Assembly: GCA_963806225.1 (NCBI GenBank)
Contig: CAWDXG010000004.1
Location: forward strand, 5,216,001-5,280,000
Reading direction: 5' to 3'
DNA: 64,000 nucleotides
From: an uncultured delta proteobacterium
Lineage (GTDB): Bacteria > Myxococcota_A > Polyangia > Polyangiales > Polyangiaceae
In this document: positions 52,308 to 63,957 of the stretch, piece by piece
Layout of the letters: every line of letters begins with the position of its first letter
Numbering within the stretch: the first letter of the stretch is position 1
Program-made: the position numbers and the translations under genes
Notes under the pieces: model-generated
What the model saw: the letters and a program-made list of their open reading frames with translations, nothing else
What the model was told of the DNA's origin: nothing
Databases searched by the model: none

Positions 52308-53201
52308 ATGCAGGATGCGGCCCTGCTTCGTCTGCTCGATCTGGTCCAGCGGAAGCTGGGTGCGGATGACGTGCGGGCCGAGCTGGGCGGGCGCGATCCC
52401 GAGGACGAGCGCCTGGTGTGGTGCCCGCTCGAGATTGGATACCGCATCGTCGCCGTGTTCGCCCAGGTGCCGGAGGATCGCGACGCGCTGTCGCGCCGGC
52501 TCGAGGTGATGGCGCGTTCGTTTGCCGGCACGCTGGAAAACGGCGAGCCGGAGCGTCCGTCGATCTCCACCGAGCTCGCCGCGCGGCGTCTCGATGACGC
52601 GCTCGACGCGCTGGCCGATCGCGCCGGCGCCGTGAGCGCGGTGGTGATCGATGCGCAGTCGCCCGTGGTGTGGGGGATCTCCGGCACGCGCCGCGGCGAC
52701 GAGGACGTGGAGACGGCCATCCGCACCGCCGACGCGACCGAAAAGGCCGTGCGGGCGGGGGTCGACTTCGCCGCGCTGCTGGAGCGCGAACCGATCGAGG
52801 TGCGCGCACTGCTCGAACAGCGCGGCGTGGAGTCGGAAACGGCGCGGTTCCTCACGCGCGAGGCCGAGCTCATCCGCCAGGTGAGCCGACGCAGCATTGC
52901 GGCGTGGCGCCATCATCTGCTCACCGCGCGCGCTATCGCAGCGGTGCGGCGCGACGGCGGCGAGCCTTCCGCCTACCAGCGCGAAGCCGTCCGCGAGGAG
53001 AGCTTCGGCTATCTGGCCCGGGCGTTTGCCAACATCTACCGGTTGGTGCTGGTCTTCGAGGGTCCGTTCTCGGAGCTGCATGCGGAGGCTGCGGTCGTCC
53101 ACGCGCTACCCCACATCGAGCGCATGGTGCTCGCGCTCCCTCCCGTCGAGCCGCCCCCTCGCGGCGACCGCGTGCGCCTGCGTCCCGTACCGAGCGACTG
53201 A
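52308..53201 (+). CDS. Hypothetical protein
   Basis: Coding-like composition, AGGGGG before the ATG, no firm motif. Confidence 0.7.
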   Translation: MQDAALLRLLDLVQRKLGADDVRAELGGRDPEDERLVWCPLEIGYRIVAVFAQVPEDRDALSRRLEVMARSFAGTLENGEPERPSISTELAARRLDDALDALADRAGAVSAVVIDAQSPVVWGISGTRRGDEDVETAIRTADATEKAVRAGVDFAALLEREPIEVRALLEQRGVESETARFLTREAELIRQVSRRSIAAWRHHLLTARAIAAVRRDGGEPSAYQREAVREESFGYLARAFANIYRLVLVFEGPFSELHAEAAVVHALPHIERMVLALPPVEPPPRGDRVRLRPVPSD

Positions 53202-53225
53202 GTGGTGCTTCTGGGAGCGGGCCGC

Positions 53226-54182
53226 CTAGAACCGCCTCACCAGCGTCAGCTGTGCGCCGTGCGGTCCGCCGCCGGGGATCAGCGCCGTGACCGGACGCTC
53301 CTGCTTGTCGCTGCTCAGCACGAGCCACGCTCCAGCTGCGACACCGACGGCGCCGACAATGAAGCCCGTGGTGGTGACGATGCCCAGCGTGTGACCGGAG
53401 CTGGCTGCGTCGAGGCCGGTCTGGTTGCAGCGCTTGGCCGCATCGCAGTTGTTGTCGACGGTGCTCTTCTTGCCGAGCACCATGGCGCCGGTGATCGCGC
53501 CGACCGCGAGGCCGGCCACGCCGACGCCGCCTATCACGTAGCCGAGGGTCCGGTGATCGGACCCGTGCGCTCGAGCGCTGCCGCCGGTGTCGTGGGCGTT
53601 CGAGCCGGCGGGCAGTGCGGGCCCCGGCGCGACCTCGATCGAGCGCTGCCGGCCTTCGGCGATGCTGACGCTCAGCGCGCGTGTCCGGGTGCCCGGCGCC
53701 GAGACGCTGATCACGTGCGTGCCGGGATCGACCGGAAGGGGTGTGCCCAGACTGGCCGCGCCGAGCGTGACGTCATCGCGCGAGACGCGCGTGCCCTCCG
53801 GCGCGCCCGCTGCAAGCTGGATGGTCAGCTTCGGTACGCGCTTGTCGAGCAGAGCCAGCCGCTTCTGTGCGATCGGGATGCGATCGTCGGGCGGCGTGAG
53901 CTGTTGAAGGACTTCCTGGAACTTCGTGTACGCGGTGGCGACGTGTCCCTGCTTCTCTTCGCAATCGGCGATGTTGAAGACGGTGCCGACCGCGGGATCG
54001 AGCCGGTTGCTCTCGTAGAACTTGGCGCACGCCTGCTTGTAGTTGCCCGCCTCCGCGGCGGTGCGCCCCTGCTTGAACAGTGCTTCGGCGGCGACGGGGT
54101 CGCGCCCCTGCGCCGCGGCCGCCGCGCTCGTCGCGAGCGCCGCACACAGCACCCAGCTGGAAACCACCCGCGTGACGCGCAT
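53226..54182 (-). CDS. TPR/PEGA-type exported protein with C-terminal hydrophobic segments
   Basis: AEALFKQG...AC.KF.ES.RLDP..GT.FN.A.C and PLPVDPG.H; lies downstream of the kinase. Confidence 0.85.
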   Translation of the reverse strand: MRVTRVVSSWVLCAALATSAAAAAQGRDPVAAEALFKQGRTAAEAGNYKQACAKFYESNRLDPAVGTVFNIADCEEKQGHVATAYTKFQEVLQQLTPPDDRIPIAQKRLALLDKRVPKLTIQLAAGAPEGTRVSRDDVTLGAASLGTPLPVDPGTHVISVSAPGTRTRALSVSIAEGRQRSIEVAPGPALPAGSNAHDTGGSARAHGSDHRTLGYVIGGVGVAGLAVGAITGAMVLGKKSTVDNNCDAAKRCNQTGLDAASSGHTLGIVTTTGFIVGAVGVAAGAWLVLSSDKQERPVTALIPGGGPHGAQLTLVRRF

Positions 54183-54197
54183 CTCGCCGAGTATACT

Positions 54198-55649
54198 CTA
54201 GTGCCTGCGGTCGAAGGGATTGGGGTGCTGGACCGCCGGAGGGTGGATGCTCTTGTGCCCGGTGGGTGCGGCAGCGGCGGCCGTTGCCGTCGGCTGGGCG
54301 ACGCTGTGCGGCGTCGTAGCCGGATGCTGCACGGGCGCCGGAGCCGCGCTGGCTCCGGATCTTGTCGATGCCGTCTTTGCGGGCGCTGCCGACGCCGTCT
54401 TTGCGGGCGCGGCCGCACTCGCCACCGGTCTGGACTCTGCCGTGTGGGGAGCCTGGACGAGAGCCGGGGGGTCGGCGGCCGGAGCGCCTCCCGAAGTGGC
54501 CGCTGGTGGGTTGTGCAGCGCGAGTACGGCCAGCGTTCCCGCCACGCCCAGCACGGCCAGCGCCCCGAGCGACATCAGCACCAGACGTGATTTCCCGGCT
54601 GATGGCCTGTCGCTCGGTGCCGTGCGCAGCATCACGCGGTCGGTCGCCACGGTGCTCGCGCGGCCGGTGATGGCCGACGTGACCTCCGGCGGCGCGACCA
54701 GCGTGGCGGTGTCCGGATCCGCGTAACGCGCGACGGATGTGCGCGGCAGGCTCGGCGGGCCCTCGAACGCGAGTATCTCGAACGCGCGGCGCACTGCCGC
54801 CTGCATGGTCTGTGCGTCGGGGAAGCGCTCTTCCTTGTCGAACGCGAGCGCCCTGTCGATCAACTCCACCACGCATCGCGGCATTTCCGGCTCCACCGTC
54901 GCGATCGAAGCCGGCGGCGTCGTGGCCGCGAAGATGAGCTGTTCGTTCACCGTGCCGGCTTCGTGCACGAAGCGCCCGGTGAGCAGAGTGAAGAGGGTTG
55001 CGCCGATGCCCCAGATATCGGTCCGGTTGTCGACAGCGTCCCAGCGCCCCCGTGCCTGTTCCGGTGCCATGAATGCGGGTGTACCGAGCAGCGAACCGGC
55101 GCGCGTCGTGGTCTGTGAAGCGGCGGAGACCTCGCGGAGCCGCGCTATGCCGAAGTCGAGCACCTTCAGCCGCCCGTCCGTGGTCAAGAACAGGTTCTCG
55201 GGCTTCATGTCGCGGTGCACGACCCCGGCGTCGTGGGCTACGGCGAGCACGTCGAGCAGCTGGTCGGCAATGGCAAGCACCTCGTCCACGGGCAGCGATT
55301 CATTCTTGCGTTCCCAGCGCGCTTCGAGCGTCTCGCCTTCGAGCAGCTCCATGACCAGGAACGCCGCGCCGTCGTCGCTCACGTCGTCGTCGAGCACCTG
55401 GACCGTGCCGGGATGCCGCACGGTATTGGCGACGTAGCCTTCGCGCAGGAAGCGTTGCGTCACCTCGGCATCGACCGCGACCTCCGGGTGGAGGATCTTG
55501 ATCGCCACGCGGTTCTGGTTGCGATGCGTCGCGGAGTAGACCGTCGCCATGCCGCCGACGCCGATGACGCGGTCGAGGCGCCACTTCTGCTTCAGCGTGG
55601 TGCCGACCCGCGACTGGGCGCGATCCGTGACGTCTTCTCGAAGGGGCAT
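54198..55649 (-). CDS. Hanks-type Ser/Thr protein kinase with TM segment
   Basis: GVGGMATV, VAIK, HRDMKPEN, DFG and GTPAFMAPEQ. Confidence 0.96.
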   Translation of the reverse strand: MPLREDVTDRAQSRVGTTLKQKWRLDRVIGVGGMATVYSATHRNQNRVAIKILHPEVAVDAEVTQRFLREGYVANTVRHPGTVQVLDDDVSDDGAAFLVMELLEGETLEARWERKNESLPVDEVLAIADQLLDVLAVAHDAGVVHRDMKPENLFLTTDGRLKVLDFGIARLREVSAASQTTTRAGSLLGTPAFMAPEQARGRWDAVDNRTDIWGIGATLFTLLTGRFVHEAGTVNEQLIFAATTPPASIATVEPEMPRCVVELIDRALAFDKEERFPDAQTMQAAVRRAFEILAFEGPPSLPRTSVARYADPDTATLVAPPEVTSAITGRASTVATDRVMLRTAPSDRPSAGKSRLVLMSLGALAVLGVAGTLAVLALHNPPAATSGGAPAADPPALVQAPHTAESRPVASAAAPAKTASAAPAKTASTRSGASAAPAPVQHPATTPHSVAQPTATAAAAAPTGHKSIHPPAVQHPNPFDRRH

Positions 55650-55960
55650 GGCAGAGAGGGTTGGCGGTGGTGCACACCGCCAACGGGCGAGACAATCCGT
55701 TCCTTACGGACGTTTGTTACGCTCCCGGGTTCCTTTCTCTTTCGACAACCGCTCGGATGTGTGGCGGGTCCACACCGGGCGCACTACACGCACCTACATT
55801 GTCCCCGCGGTGCTGCCCTGGAAGTGTGTGTCGTCCGGTCGGCGCCGTCTATGATGCCCGCCTGCCCGAGGGGGAAGATGCGTCGGACCAGCAGCGTACG
55901 ATCTGCGTTGTCCGGCACTTGTGCCGCCCCAGCCGGGTAGTGGACCTGGAGATTATCGCC

Positions 55961-56326
55961 ATGACCGTCGACAAGCTGTTCGTGAAACGTGCTGCTCTTT
56001 CGCTGGCTCTGGGCCTCGGCATCGCCGGGTCGTTCTACGCGGGCGTTGCCTACGCGGCGGACGCACGTCTGGATTCCGCCAACGCCCACATCATCAAGGC
56101 GGACGCCCTCTTGAAGGCCGCCTCCAACCCGAACCTGAAGCACCGACCCTTCGGCGGGCACCGGTCGCGCGCCGTGCGCCTGTTGGAGCGGGCCGAACAC
56201 GAGATCGCGCTGGCGAAGAAGTACGCCGACAGCCCGCATCACCACGGCAAGAAGCCGAAGGCGAAGAGCCACAAAGACAAGGCGAAGGGCAAGTCCGCCA
56301 GCCACGGCAAGAGCTCGAAGCACTAG
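55961..56326 (+). CDS. Small exported helical protein with Lys/His-rich tail
   Basis: Signal peptide ending AYA; FGGHRSRA motif. Confidence 0.7.
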   Translation: MTVDKLFVKRAALSLALGLGIAGSFYAGVAYAADARLDSANAHIIKADALLKAASNPNLKHRPFGGHRSRAVRLLERAEHEIALAKKYADSPHHHGKKPKAKSHKDKAKGKSASHGKSSKH

Positions 56327-56417
56327 GGCGCTCTAGCGGCCCCGGTCTGCGTCTGCACGGTGGTCGTTGGACTGCCGCAGCGGATCCGCTAGCCTGGGAT
56401 CTGCTCGAGGACCGCCT

Positions 56418-57510
56418 ATGGCTCGACTTCGATTTGCTGAGCGCCGCATGAGGGTCGCCGCGGTGCTCGCGAGCGGTCTCCTTCTGAGCTCGTGCGCGAT
56501 CTCGTTCGACGGATACGTGCTGGGCTCCGACGACGCCGGGGCAGGCGCGGGCGGGACGGCGGGCAGTGGAGCTAGCGGCGGGAGCGGCGGGAGCGGAGCC
56601 GCCGGAGGCGCCGGTGGTACGGCAACTGGAGGCAGTGCCGGCACGGGTGCGACCGCGGGCGGCGGCGGCACGGGTGCGACCGGCGCAACCGGTGGCGCGG
56701 CGGGCAGTGGTGCGGCCGGCGCAACCGGTGGTACGGCCGGCGGCGGTGCAACCGGTGGTGCGGCCGGCGCCGGTGCGACGGGCGGCACGGGCGGCAGCGC
56801 GCCCTGTCCGACGAACCTCAGCGGGCCGACGATGGTCCATGTGCCCGCCGGCGCCAAGGGCTACTGCATCGACGGCACCGAGGTGACCAACAAGCAGTAC
56901 CAGACTTTTCTCGCCTCGAAGCCCGACACCGCCAAACAGATCGCGGCGTGTTCGTGGAACAGCGCTTTCGCCCCGAAGGCCTCCGGTGCCTGCTCGCCGT
57001 CGCCCTACGATCCGGCGGGCAGTCCCGATTCCCCGATCTCGTGCGTCAACTGGTGCGACGCGGTCGCGTACTGCGCATGGGCCGGCAAGCGGTTGTGCGG
57101 GTACATCGGCGGAGGGACGAACAACCCCGATCACTCGGGCGATGCCGCCGCTAGCCAGTGGTACGCGGCGTGCTCCGAGCAGGCGCAGCGCGCCTTTCCC
57201 TATGGTACCACCTATCAGGGCAGCTACTGCAACGGCCTGGACTTCCCGACGTTCGGTCACGACCATCCCCGTCGGGACGGATGCGAAGTGCGTCGGCGGC
57301 TACGACGGCATCTACGACTTGAGCGGCAACGTCGCCGAGTGGGAGGACTCCTGCACCGGCAGCGGACAGAGTGCCCAGTGTCTGTACCGCGGCGGCGGCT
57401 ACCTCGACCACGACAGCGGCAACTCCAACCTGCGCTGCGATTCGGCGCCGTTCGGACAGGTCAGCGCGACCGCCCCGAGCCGCGGTTTCCGCTGCTGCTA
57501 CGGCCCGTAG
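56418..57510 (+). CDS. FGE-sulfatase/SUMF1-domain lipoprotein (one +1 frameshift near 57257)
   Basis: CID.TEVTN.QY, VNWCDA.AYC.WAGKRL and FPYG; +1 frame gives YDLSGNVAEW, RGG and GFRCC. Confidence 0.88.
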
Positions 57511-57591
57511 CTGGACGCGCACGGGTCGTGGCGGGCACCTTTCCTGCACGCCGCGCGGGACAATCGCCGGGGATGGTCTAGAAAGCAGGAC

Positions 57592-58464
57592 ATGGACGCC
57601 GGTGTCGCCGAGCTGGTCGAGCTGCTCCGCGGGCGGAGGTTTGTCGCCCTCACCGGGGCGGGCTGCAGCACGGAGTCCGGCATCCCCGACTACCGCGGCC
57701 CGGGGACAGCCGCGCGTGCACGCAATCCGATCCGCTACCAGGAGTTTCTGCGCCAGCCTCTGGCGCGAGCGCGCTACTGGGCGCGCAGCTCGGTGGGGTG
57801 GCAGCGCATGTCGTTGGCAGCGCCGAACGCCGCGCATCGCGCGCTCGCGGAGCTGGAGCGCGCGGGGCTCGCGGTCGGACTCATCACGCAGAACGTGGAT
57901 CGCCTCCACACGCGCGCGGGCAGCCGCCGCGTGATCGAGCTGCATGGGGCTCTGGACGAGGTGCGGTGTATCGAGTGCGGCACCATCGAACAGCGCAGCC
58001 GCCTGCAGGAGCGGCTCATTGCCGAAAACCCCGACTTTGCCGCGGCGGATGTCGAGCTGGCACCCGATGGTGACGCTGAGCTGGACGCCGCGCTCGCCGC
58101 GGGCTTCCGCGTGGCGCCGTGCCTGGCCTGCGGCGGCGTGCTCAAACCGAACGTGGTGTTCTTCGGCGAGAACGTTCCCGCGCCAACGGTGGAGGCGGCC
58201 TACGCGCTCCTTTCGGAGGCCGAAGTGTTGCTCGTGCTGGGCTCGTCGCTCACCGTGTTTTCCGGATTCCGCTTCGTGCGGCGTGCCAGCGCAGAGGGTG
58301 TTCCTGTGGCCATCGTGAATCTGGGCGAGACGCGCGGCGACCCCTACGCCTGCGTGCGCGTGGAGGCCCGGGTCGGCGAGCTCCTTCCCGAAGTGGCGGA
58401 GCGCCTGGGCGGGCAGCGCAGCCTAGGCCAGCTCGGCGACGCACCGGGCGAGCGCGCCGGGTGA
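57592..58464 (+). CDS. cobB: NAD-dependent protein deacylase, sirtuin (SIRT4-like class)
   Basis: [34 protein letters not shown], CxxC...Cxx[11 protein letters not shown] and GSSL. Confidence 0.92.
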   Translation: MDAGVAELVELLRGRRFVALTGAGCSTESGIPDYRGPGTAARARNPIRYQEFLRQPLARARYWARSSVGWQRMSLAAPNAAHRALAELERAGLAVGLITQNVDRLHTRAGSRRVIELHGALDEVRCIECGTIEQRSRLQERLIAENPDFAAADVELAPDGDAELDAALAAGFRVAPCLACGGVLKPNVVFFGENVPAPTVEAAYALLSEAEVLLVLGSSLTVFSGFRFVRRASAEGVPVAIVNLGETRGDPYACVRVEARVGELLPEVAERLGGQRSLGQLGDAPGERAG

Positions 58465-59370
58465 CGGGAGCTGTTGCGCGGCCAGGGCGTGGCAGAACGC
58501 CGCTGCCGAGCCGTAGCCGACCACGCGGGCGACGCGCTCGGTCGTGGCGCCGGGCGTGGTCATCAGATTGGCGCCGATCATCAGCCGTCGCCGCGTGCGC
58601 GTGTCCTGCCACGAGCCGGCGTTGAATCCGTAGCGCGTGTTGAACGACGCGACCAGCCGATTGAGCTGGCGCGCGCCGAGCTTCAGCGTGTCGCGCAGGT
58701 CGACCAGCATGGGCTTTCTGGTCAGGTTCGACAGGGAAGCGTCGAGCGCGCGGGAGAGCTCCGCGTCGCGAGGCGCCACCGGTTCCACGAGCCGCGACGG
58801 CAGGGCTCTGTCGACCGGCGCGCCGTTCGAAGCGAGGATTCCGAGCAGTTCGGCCACCGCGGACGCGACGCCGGGCGAGGGCGACGGCGAACGCATGATG
58901 AGGCTACCGATGTGCTGCACGCGTTCCAGCGCCGGTGGGTCGAGACGCCCGGTCTCGACTCCGTCGATGCTTCCTCCCAGCCATCCGCGGTCCCACTCGA
59001 TGTTCACGCTGCGATAGCGAGGCGCGCTCTGCTGGCGCATCCGGATGGCGCCCTTGCTTTCGATCAGCGCCACGTCGCCGGGCGCCAACCATCGGTCGCC
59101 CACCGCGCTCGTGATCCGCGCGTGCCCTTCGAGCAGTATAGTGAGCACCGGACGTCCCAACCGATCGCGCCGGGGGAACGTCGGAGCAAAAAGGCGATCT
59201 TCCGCGACCAGCCGCGCGTTGTCGACAACGTGCACCCGATAGTGCGAGTGCACCACGGCGTGCGTCGCATGTGCGGCATCGAGCTCGGGAATAGAGATGC
59301 GACGGTGGGAGAGCAGCATCGCGGGATCCAGGGGCGGTCGTGGAATAGGATTCCACACCGTCCGCTCCAA
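58423..59370 (-). CDS. AraC-like transcriptional regulator
   Basis: Cupin-like N-terminus; C-terminal RQLNR and [17 protein letters not shown]...PSP. Confidence 0.7.
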   Translation of the reverse strand: MERTVWNPIPRPPLDPAMLLSHRRISIPELDAAHATHAVVHSHYRVHVVDNARLVAEDRLFAPTFPRRDRLGRPVLTILLEGHARITSAVGDRWLAPGDVALIESKGAIRMRQQSAPRYRSVNIEWDRGWLGGSIDGVETGRLDPPALERVQHIGSLIMRSPSPSPGVASAVAELLGILASNGAPVDRALPSRLVEPVAPRDAELSRALDASLSNLTRKPMLVDLRDTLKLGARQLNRLVASFNTRYGFNAGSWQDTRTRRRLMIGANLMTTPGATTERVARVVGYGSAAAFCHALAAQQLPSPGALARCVAELA

Positions 59371-59721
59371 GGAATGTACGCCTGGTCGCGCCGGTTGCTT
59401 CCGCGATCGTGCGGCTGTCCGCTAGCGTCCGTACAACTGCGGAATGTCTCGGCTGGCCGGCCATCGCGTCATGCTTCGCAGAGTTTTCACTTGGCACAAT
59501 TTCGAACGACAGCGACGCGCTGCTGTGGGGAAACCAGCCGCCAGGTTCCCTGGGGTTCCAGGGTGCAGCTTGGTGAAATCATGCGAGTTTGCGCCGGGCG
59601 CCCTGCGGGCCCGGCACGGATGTCCGGAATCATCAATGGGGATCCCCGCTGCCCCGGTTCGTACAAACAGGTATCGGCGCGCGCCGCTCGTTTTGGGGCG
59701 CCGGCCACAAGGAGGTCACTC

Positions 59722-61779
59722 ATGAGCTTTCGCCCTCTTCTCTTCATCGCTGCCGCGGCCATCGGCTTGGCTCCGCTTGCCTGTGGGCCCTCGTCGAACG
59801 GAGCTGGCGGTGACGGTGGTCCCGGTGGTCAGGGGGGGACCGCTGGACAGGGCGGCATGGCAGGTCAGGGCGGTGCGAGCGACGGCGGACTGCCGGACGG
59901 GGCAGGTGGCGACGGAGCCGTCAACAACTGTCCGGCGCCGACGGGTGCGCCCATCATCCACGATAGCGACATCACGCAGGACGAGACGTGGGGTGCCGAC
60001 AGCATCCACGTCGTCACGAACTCGCACGTTGTGACCGCCGGCGTGACACTGACGATCGCGCCCTGCGCAGTGGTGCAGCTCGACCCGGATGTCGAGCTCG
60101 AGCTCGACGGGACCCTGGACGCCGAGGGCACCGCGAGCCAGCCGATCCGCTTCGAGCGGCATGGGAAGGACGCCTGGGCGAATCTGTACATCACGCACGG
60201 CGCCAAAGCGACGCTCGCATTCGCCACGTTCGACGGCGGTGGCTCCGACACCGGCACGTACAGCGGCGCGACGATCGTCGCATACGGCGACGACATGAAG
60301 CCGCCGATGGAGCCCTTGCTGTCGGTGGATCACGTCACCGTGGAAAACTCCATGGGCTACGGCATGCTGGTCGGTCAGAACGCGAGCTTTGCGAGCAGCT
60401 CGACCGCGCTCACGCTCACGGGGAACGGCAAGGCCGACACCGCGCATCCGTACCCGTTGTTCGTGCAGACGCGCGCGATCGGGACGGTGCCGGACGGGAT
60501 GTACACCGGCAACCAGACCGATGCCATCGGCATCGATTCCGCGGACGGGGCGGACGAGCTCGGCGACGTGACCATGAAGGACCTCGGCGTGCCGTGGGTC
60601 TCGGACGACACGATCGACGTGACGCCCGACGCGACGACGCCTTCCGCGTCGCTGCATATCGATCCCGGCGTTACCCTCGAGCTCGGCAAGGACGCGAATC
60701 TCGTGGTGAGCGACCAGGGCGGGAAGCTCGAAACGGCCGGCACCAGCCAGAAAGTCGTCAAGATCCAGCGTTCCGGCGCCGATCCGTGGGGCGAGGTGCT
60801 GATCAACGGTCCCGCCACCGGGTCGCTGTCGTACACGACGCTCGATGGCGGCGGGAACGACACCGTCACGTATGCGGGCGCTTCGCTGGTCGCCTATGGT
60901 GAAAACCAGCCACCGCTGCAGCCCATCCTCAAGGTTTTTCACGTCACGGTGCAGGGGTCGAAGGGGCGCGGCGTAATGGTTGATCGCTACGCCGCCTTCA
61001 CGAGCGACTCGACGAGCCTGACTGTGAGCGGCAGCGGCGCCAATTCTACGACCTACACGCGGCCGTTGATGATCGGGGCGCACGCGCTGACCAGCGTCCC
61101 GGACGGGACGTACACGGGCAACACCGTCGCCCAGATCTACGTCGATGCGAACTCCGGGGCAGAGCTCGACAAGGACATCACGGTGCACGATCGCGGCGTG
61201 CCGTACTACCTGGACCAGGGGCTCACGGTCGACCAGGGCACCCAGACGACGGCGCCGAAGCTGACGCTGGAAGCCGGCACCCAGATGTTGTTCGACCCCG
61301 GCGCCAATTCGCCGGGCAACCTATTCCTCGATGTCTATGCCGGTTCGCTGGAGGTCGACGGCACTGCCCAGAAGCCTGTCGTGCTCGGCTCGGCTGCCGC
61401 GACTCCCGCGCCAGGCGATTGGGTCGGCGTCGATTTCGACGCCAAAGCTGCAGCGTTCACCCAGAAGATCGACCATGCGAGCATCGAATACGCGGGCGCC
61501 GGCTCCGGCGCCGGCAGCTGGACCTGCGATCCCACGGTAGGCGGAACGACGCTGCCCGAAAACGCCGGCGTGCTGATCCTGGGCTGGGCGCCGTCGTCCG
61601 AGTTCGTCACCAACACGCACATCAAGCAGAGCGGCGGTCACGGCATCCTGCGTGGCTGGGATCTCAGCCAGGGTCCGGCGACGAGCTTCCTGCCGACGAA
61701 TACGTTCGACCTGGCGAAGAACGGCTACCTGGACCAGACCCAGCCGACGAACAATAACGTGACGCCGAGCTGCCCGTAG
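59722..61779 (+). CDS. Lipoprotein with repeated parallel beta-helix-like modules
   Basis: GGAGG RBS; PLAC lipobox-like motif; three L.I.PG...L...GT...P..W modules. Confidence 0.8.
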   Translation: MSFRPLLFIAAAAIGLAPLACGPSSNGAGGDGGPGGQGGTAGQGGMAGQGGASDGGLPDGAGGDGAVNNCPAPTGAPIIHDSDITQDETWGADSIHVVTNSHVVTAGVTLTIAPCAVVQLDPDVELELDGTLDAEGTASQPIRFERHGKDAWANLYITHGAKATLAFATFDGGGSDTGTYSGATIVAYGDDMKPPMEPLLSVDHVTVENSMGYGMLVGQNASFASSSTALTLTGNGKADTAHPYPLFVQTRAIGTVPDGMYTGNQTDAIGIDSADGADELGDVTMKDLGVPWVSDDTIDVTPDATTPSASLHIDPGVTLELGKDANLVVSDQGGKLETAGTSQKVVKIQRSGADPWGEVLINGPATGSLSYTTLDGGGNDTVTYAGASLVAYGENQPPLQPILKVFHVTVQGSKGRGVMVDRYAAFTSDSTSLTVSGSGANSTTYTRPLMIGAHALTSVPDGTYTGNTVAQIYVDANSGAELDKDITVHDRGVPYYLDQGLTVDQGTQTTAPKLTLEAGTQMLFDPGANSPGNLFLDVYAGSLEVDGTAQKPVVLGSAAATPAPGDWVGVDFDAKAAAFTQKIDHASIEYAGAGSGAGSWTCDPTVGGTTLPENAGVLILGWAPSSEFVTNTHIKQSGGHGILRGWDLSQGPATSFLPTNTFDLAKNGYLDQTQPTNNNVTPSCP

Positions 61780-61782
61780 CGG

Positions 61783-62142
61783 CTAGCTGGCACGAGCGCA
61801 GAGGAGCTGGCGCACCACGCGTGCCAGCTCCATGCGCTCCAGCGCGGTGAGCCCGCTGAACTCCACACCGAACTCGCCGCGCCGCGCCCAGCGCACGACC
61901 GCGCGGAAGCGGCCGTCCACTTCTGCGCCGGGCAGCCGCATGCAGACGACCACCGTCTCGCCGTACTCCGGCGCGTCGAACGACTCGACGCACAGTCCGC
62001 TGAGGCTGAGATCACGAGCGATGCCCCGGATGGCGCGGCCCGATTCGCGCTCGCACCTCACCCCGATCTCGACCCGGTGCCGTCCGTGGCTCCGGACCGC
62101 CGCGTAGGTTCCGCTTTCTCGCTGTGAAGGATCCCACCGCAT
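61783..62142 (-). CDS. PilZ-domain protein
   Basis: RSHGR (RxxxR), DLSLSG (DxSxxG), VRW and GVEF. Confidence 0.9.
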   Translation of the reverse strand: MRWDPSQRESGTYAAVRSHGRHRVEIGVRCERESGRAIRGIARDLSLSGLCVESFDAPEYGETVVVCMRLPGAEVDGRFRAVVRWARRGEFGVEFSGLTALERMELARVVRQLLCARAS

Positions 62143-62269
62143 ACGACAAGCCCTCCCGTCGCGCGAAACCTAACAACGCACCGCGTCGCTGGAAAGCCCC
62201 ACGGCGCCCCTACCGTGGGTGCCCGGAATTGCACGGATTTCCGTGTAGAGGTCGGCGAGCCCGCGTCGC

Positions 62270-63256
<987 letters not shown>

Positions 63257-63372
63257 GGTCCGCTCCTCTTGTTCTTCCGTATGCCTGCCCACCCGCCGCG
63301 CGGAGGACCTCATGCCTAGGGCTGCGGAAGCGGCCTTGCAAGCGTTCGCGACATTTCGGCTTTCGGCCCGGA

Positions 63373-63957
63373 CTACTGCCGGCGCACCGAGACGTGCACG
63401 TGGCTCTCGTCCTCGTAGAACACCCAGTCGAAGCCCGCGTCGACGGCGAGGCGGGCCAGGCTGCCAAGCTTTCCCGGGTCGAGGTCCGAGGTGGTCAGGT
63501 CGGCGGCCCGTCCCGCGTAGTGCAGGCTCCTCGGGCCGTGTTCCTGGTTCTCGTCCCAGGCCTCCGTGACCCGGACCTCCACGCCCTTCCAGTGCTCCCG
63601 CACCAGTCGGGACAGCCGCTCGAGCCGCGTCCTGAGTCGTGGAGTCATCATGCGGTCCGCCCCGGTCTTCTCCTCGTCCTTGAAGACGATGTGCGGATCG
63701 CCGCATCGAACCAGCTCGCTGAACGCCGGGGCGGTGCGCTCGATAGGTCGCGAGAGCGCACCGGAGGCATCCACCTCGGATGCGGCGGGGACATGCTGGC
63801 CGATGTGGAGCGCGGCGGCGCGCTCGCGGGACAGCGACGGCCCGGAGGGCAGGTCGTTGGTGCACGCCGACGAGCTCGTGGACAGCGCCAGCGCGAACAG
63901 CAGGGCGTGGACTGGCAGCGGCGGGAGCAGGCGAGGCGCGAACGTTCGGTGCGGCAC
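63373..63957 (-). CDS. Hedgehog N-terminal signalling-domain homologue (Hh/DD-peptidase fold), probable lipoprotein
   Basis: [49 protein letters not shown] and HVHVSV match SHH motifs. Start uncertain (GTG 63957, TTG 63996, or outside the window). Confidence 0.93.
   Translation of the reverse strand: MPHRTFAPRLLPPLPVHALLFALALSTSSSACTNDLPSGPSLSRERAAALHIGQHVPAASEVDASGALSRPIERTAPAFSELVRCGDPHIVFKDEEKTGADRMMTPRLRTRLERLSRLVREHWKGVEVRVTEAWDENQEHGPRSLHYAGRAADLTTSDLDPGKLGSLARLAVDAGFDWVFYEDESHVHVSVRRQ

Noticed and set aside
57592..58464. Sirtuin as an anti-phage SIR2 effector
   Set aside because: It has the complete zinc-binding deacylase motif set of housekeeping sirtuins and no defence partner genes.
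58474..59721. N-terminal 416 aa of the 1101-aa ORF
   Set aside because: It overlaps the AraC-like gene on the other strand. The RBS and signal peptide place the real start at 59722.
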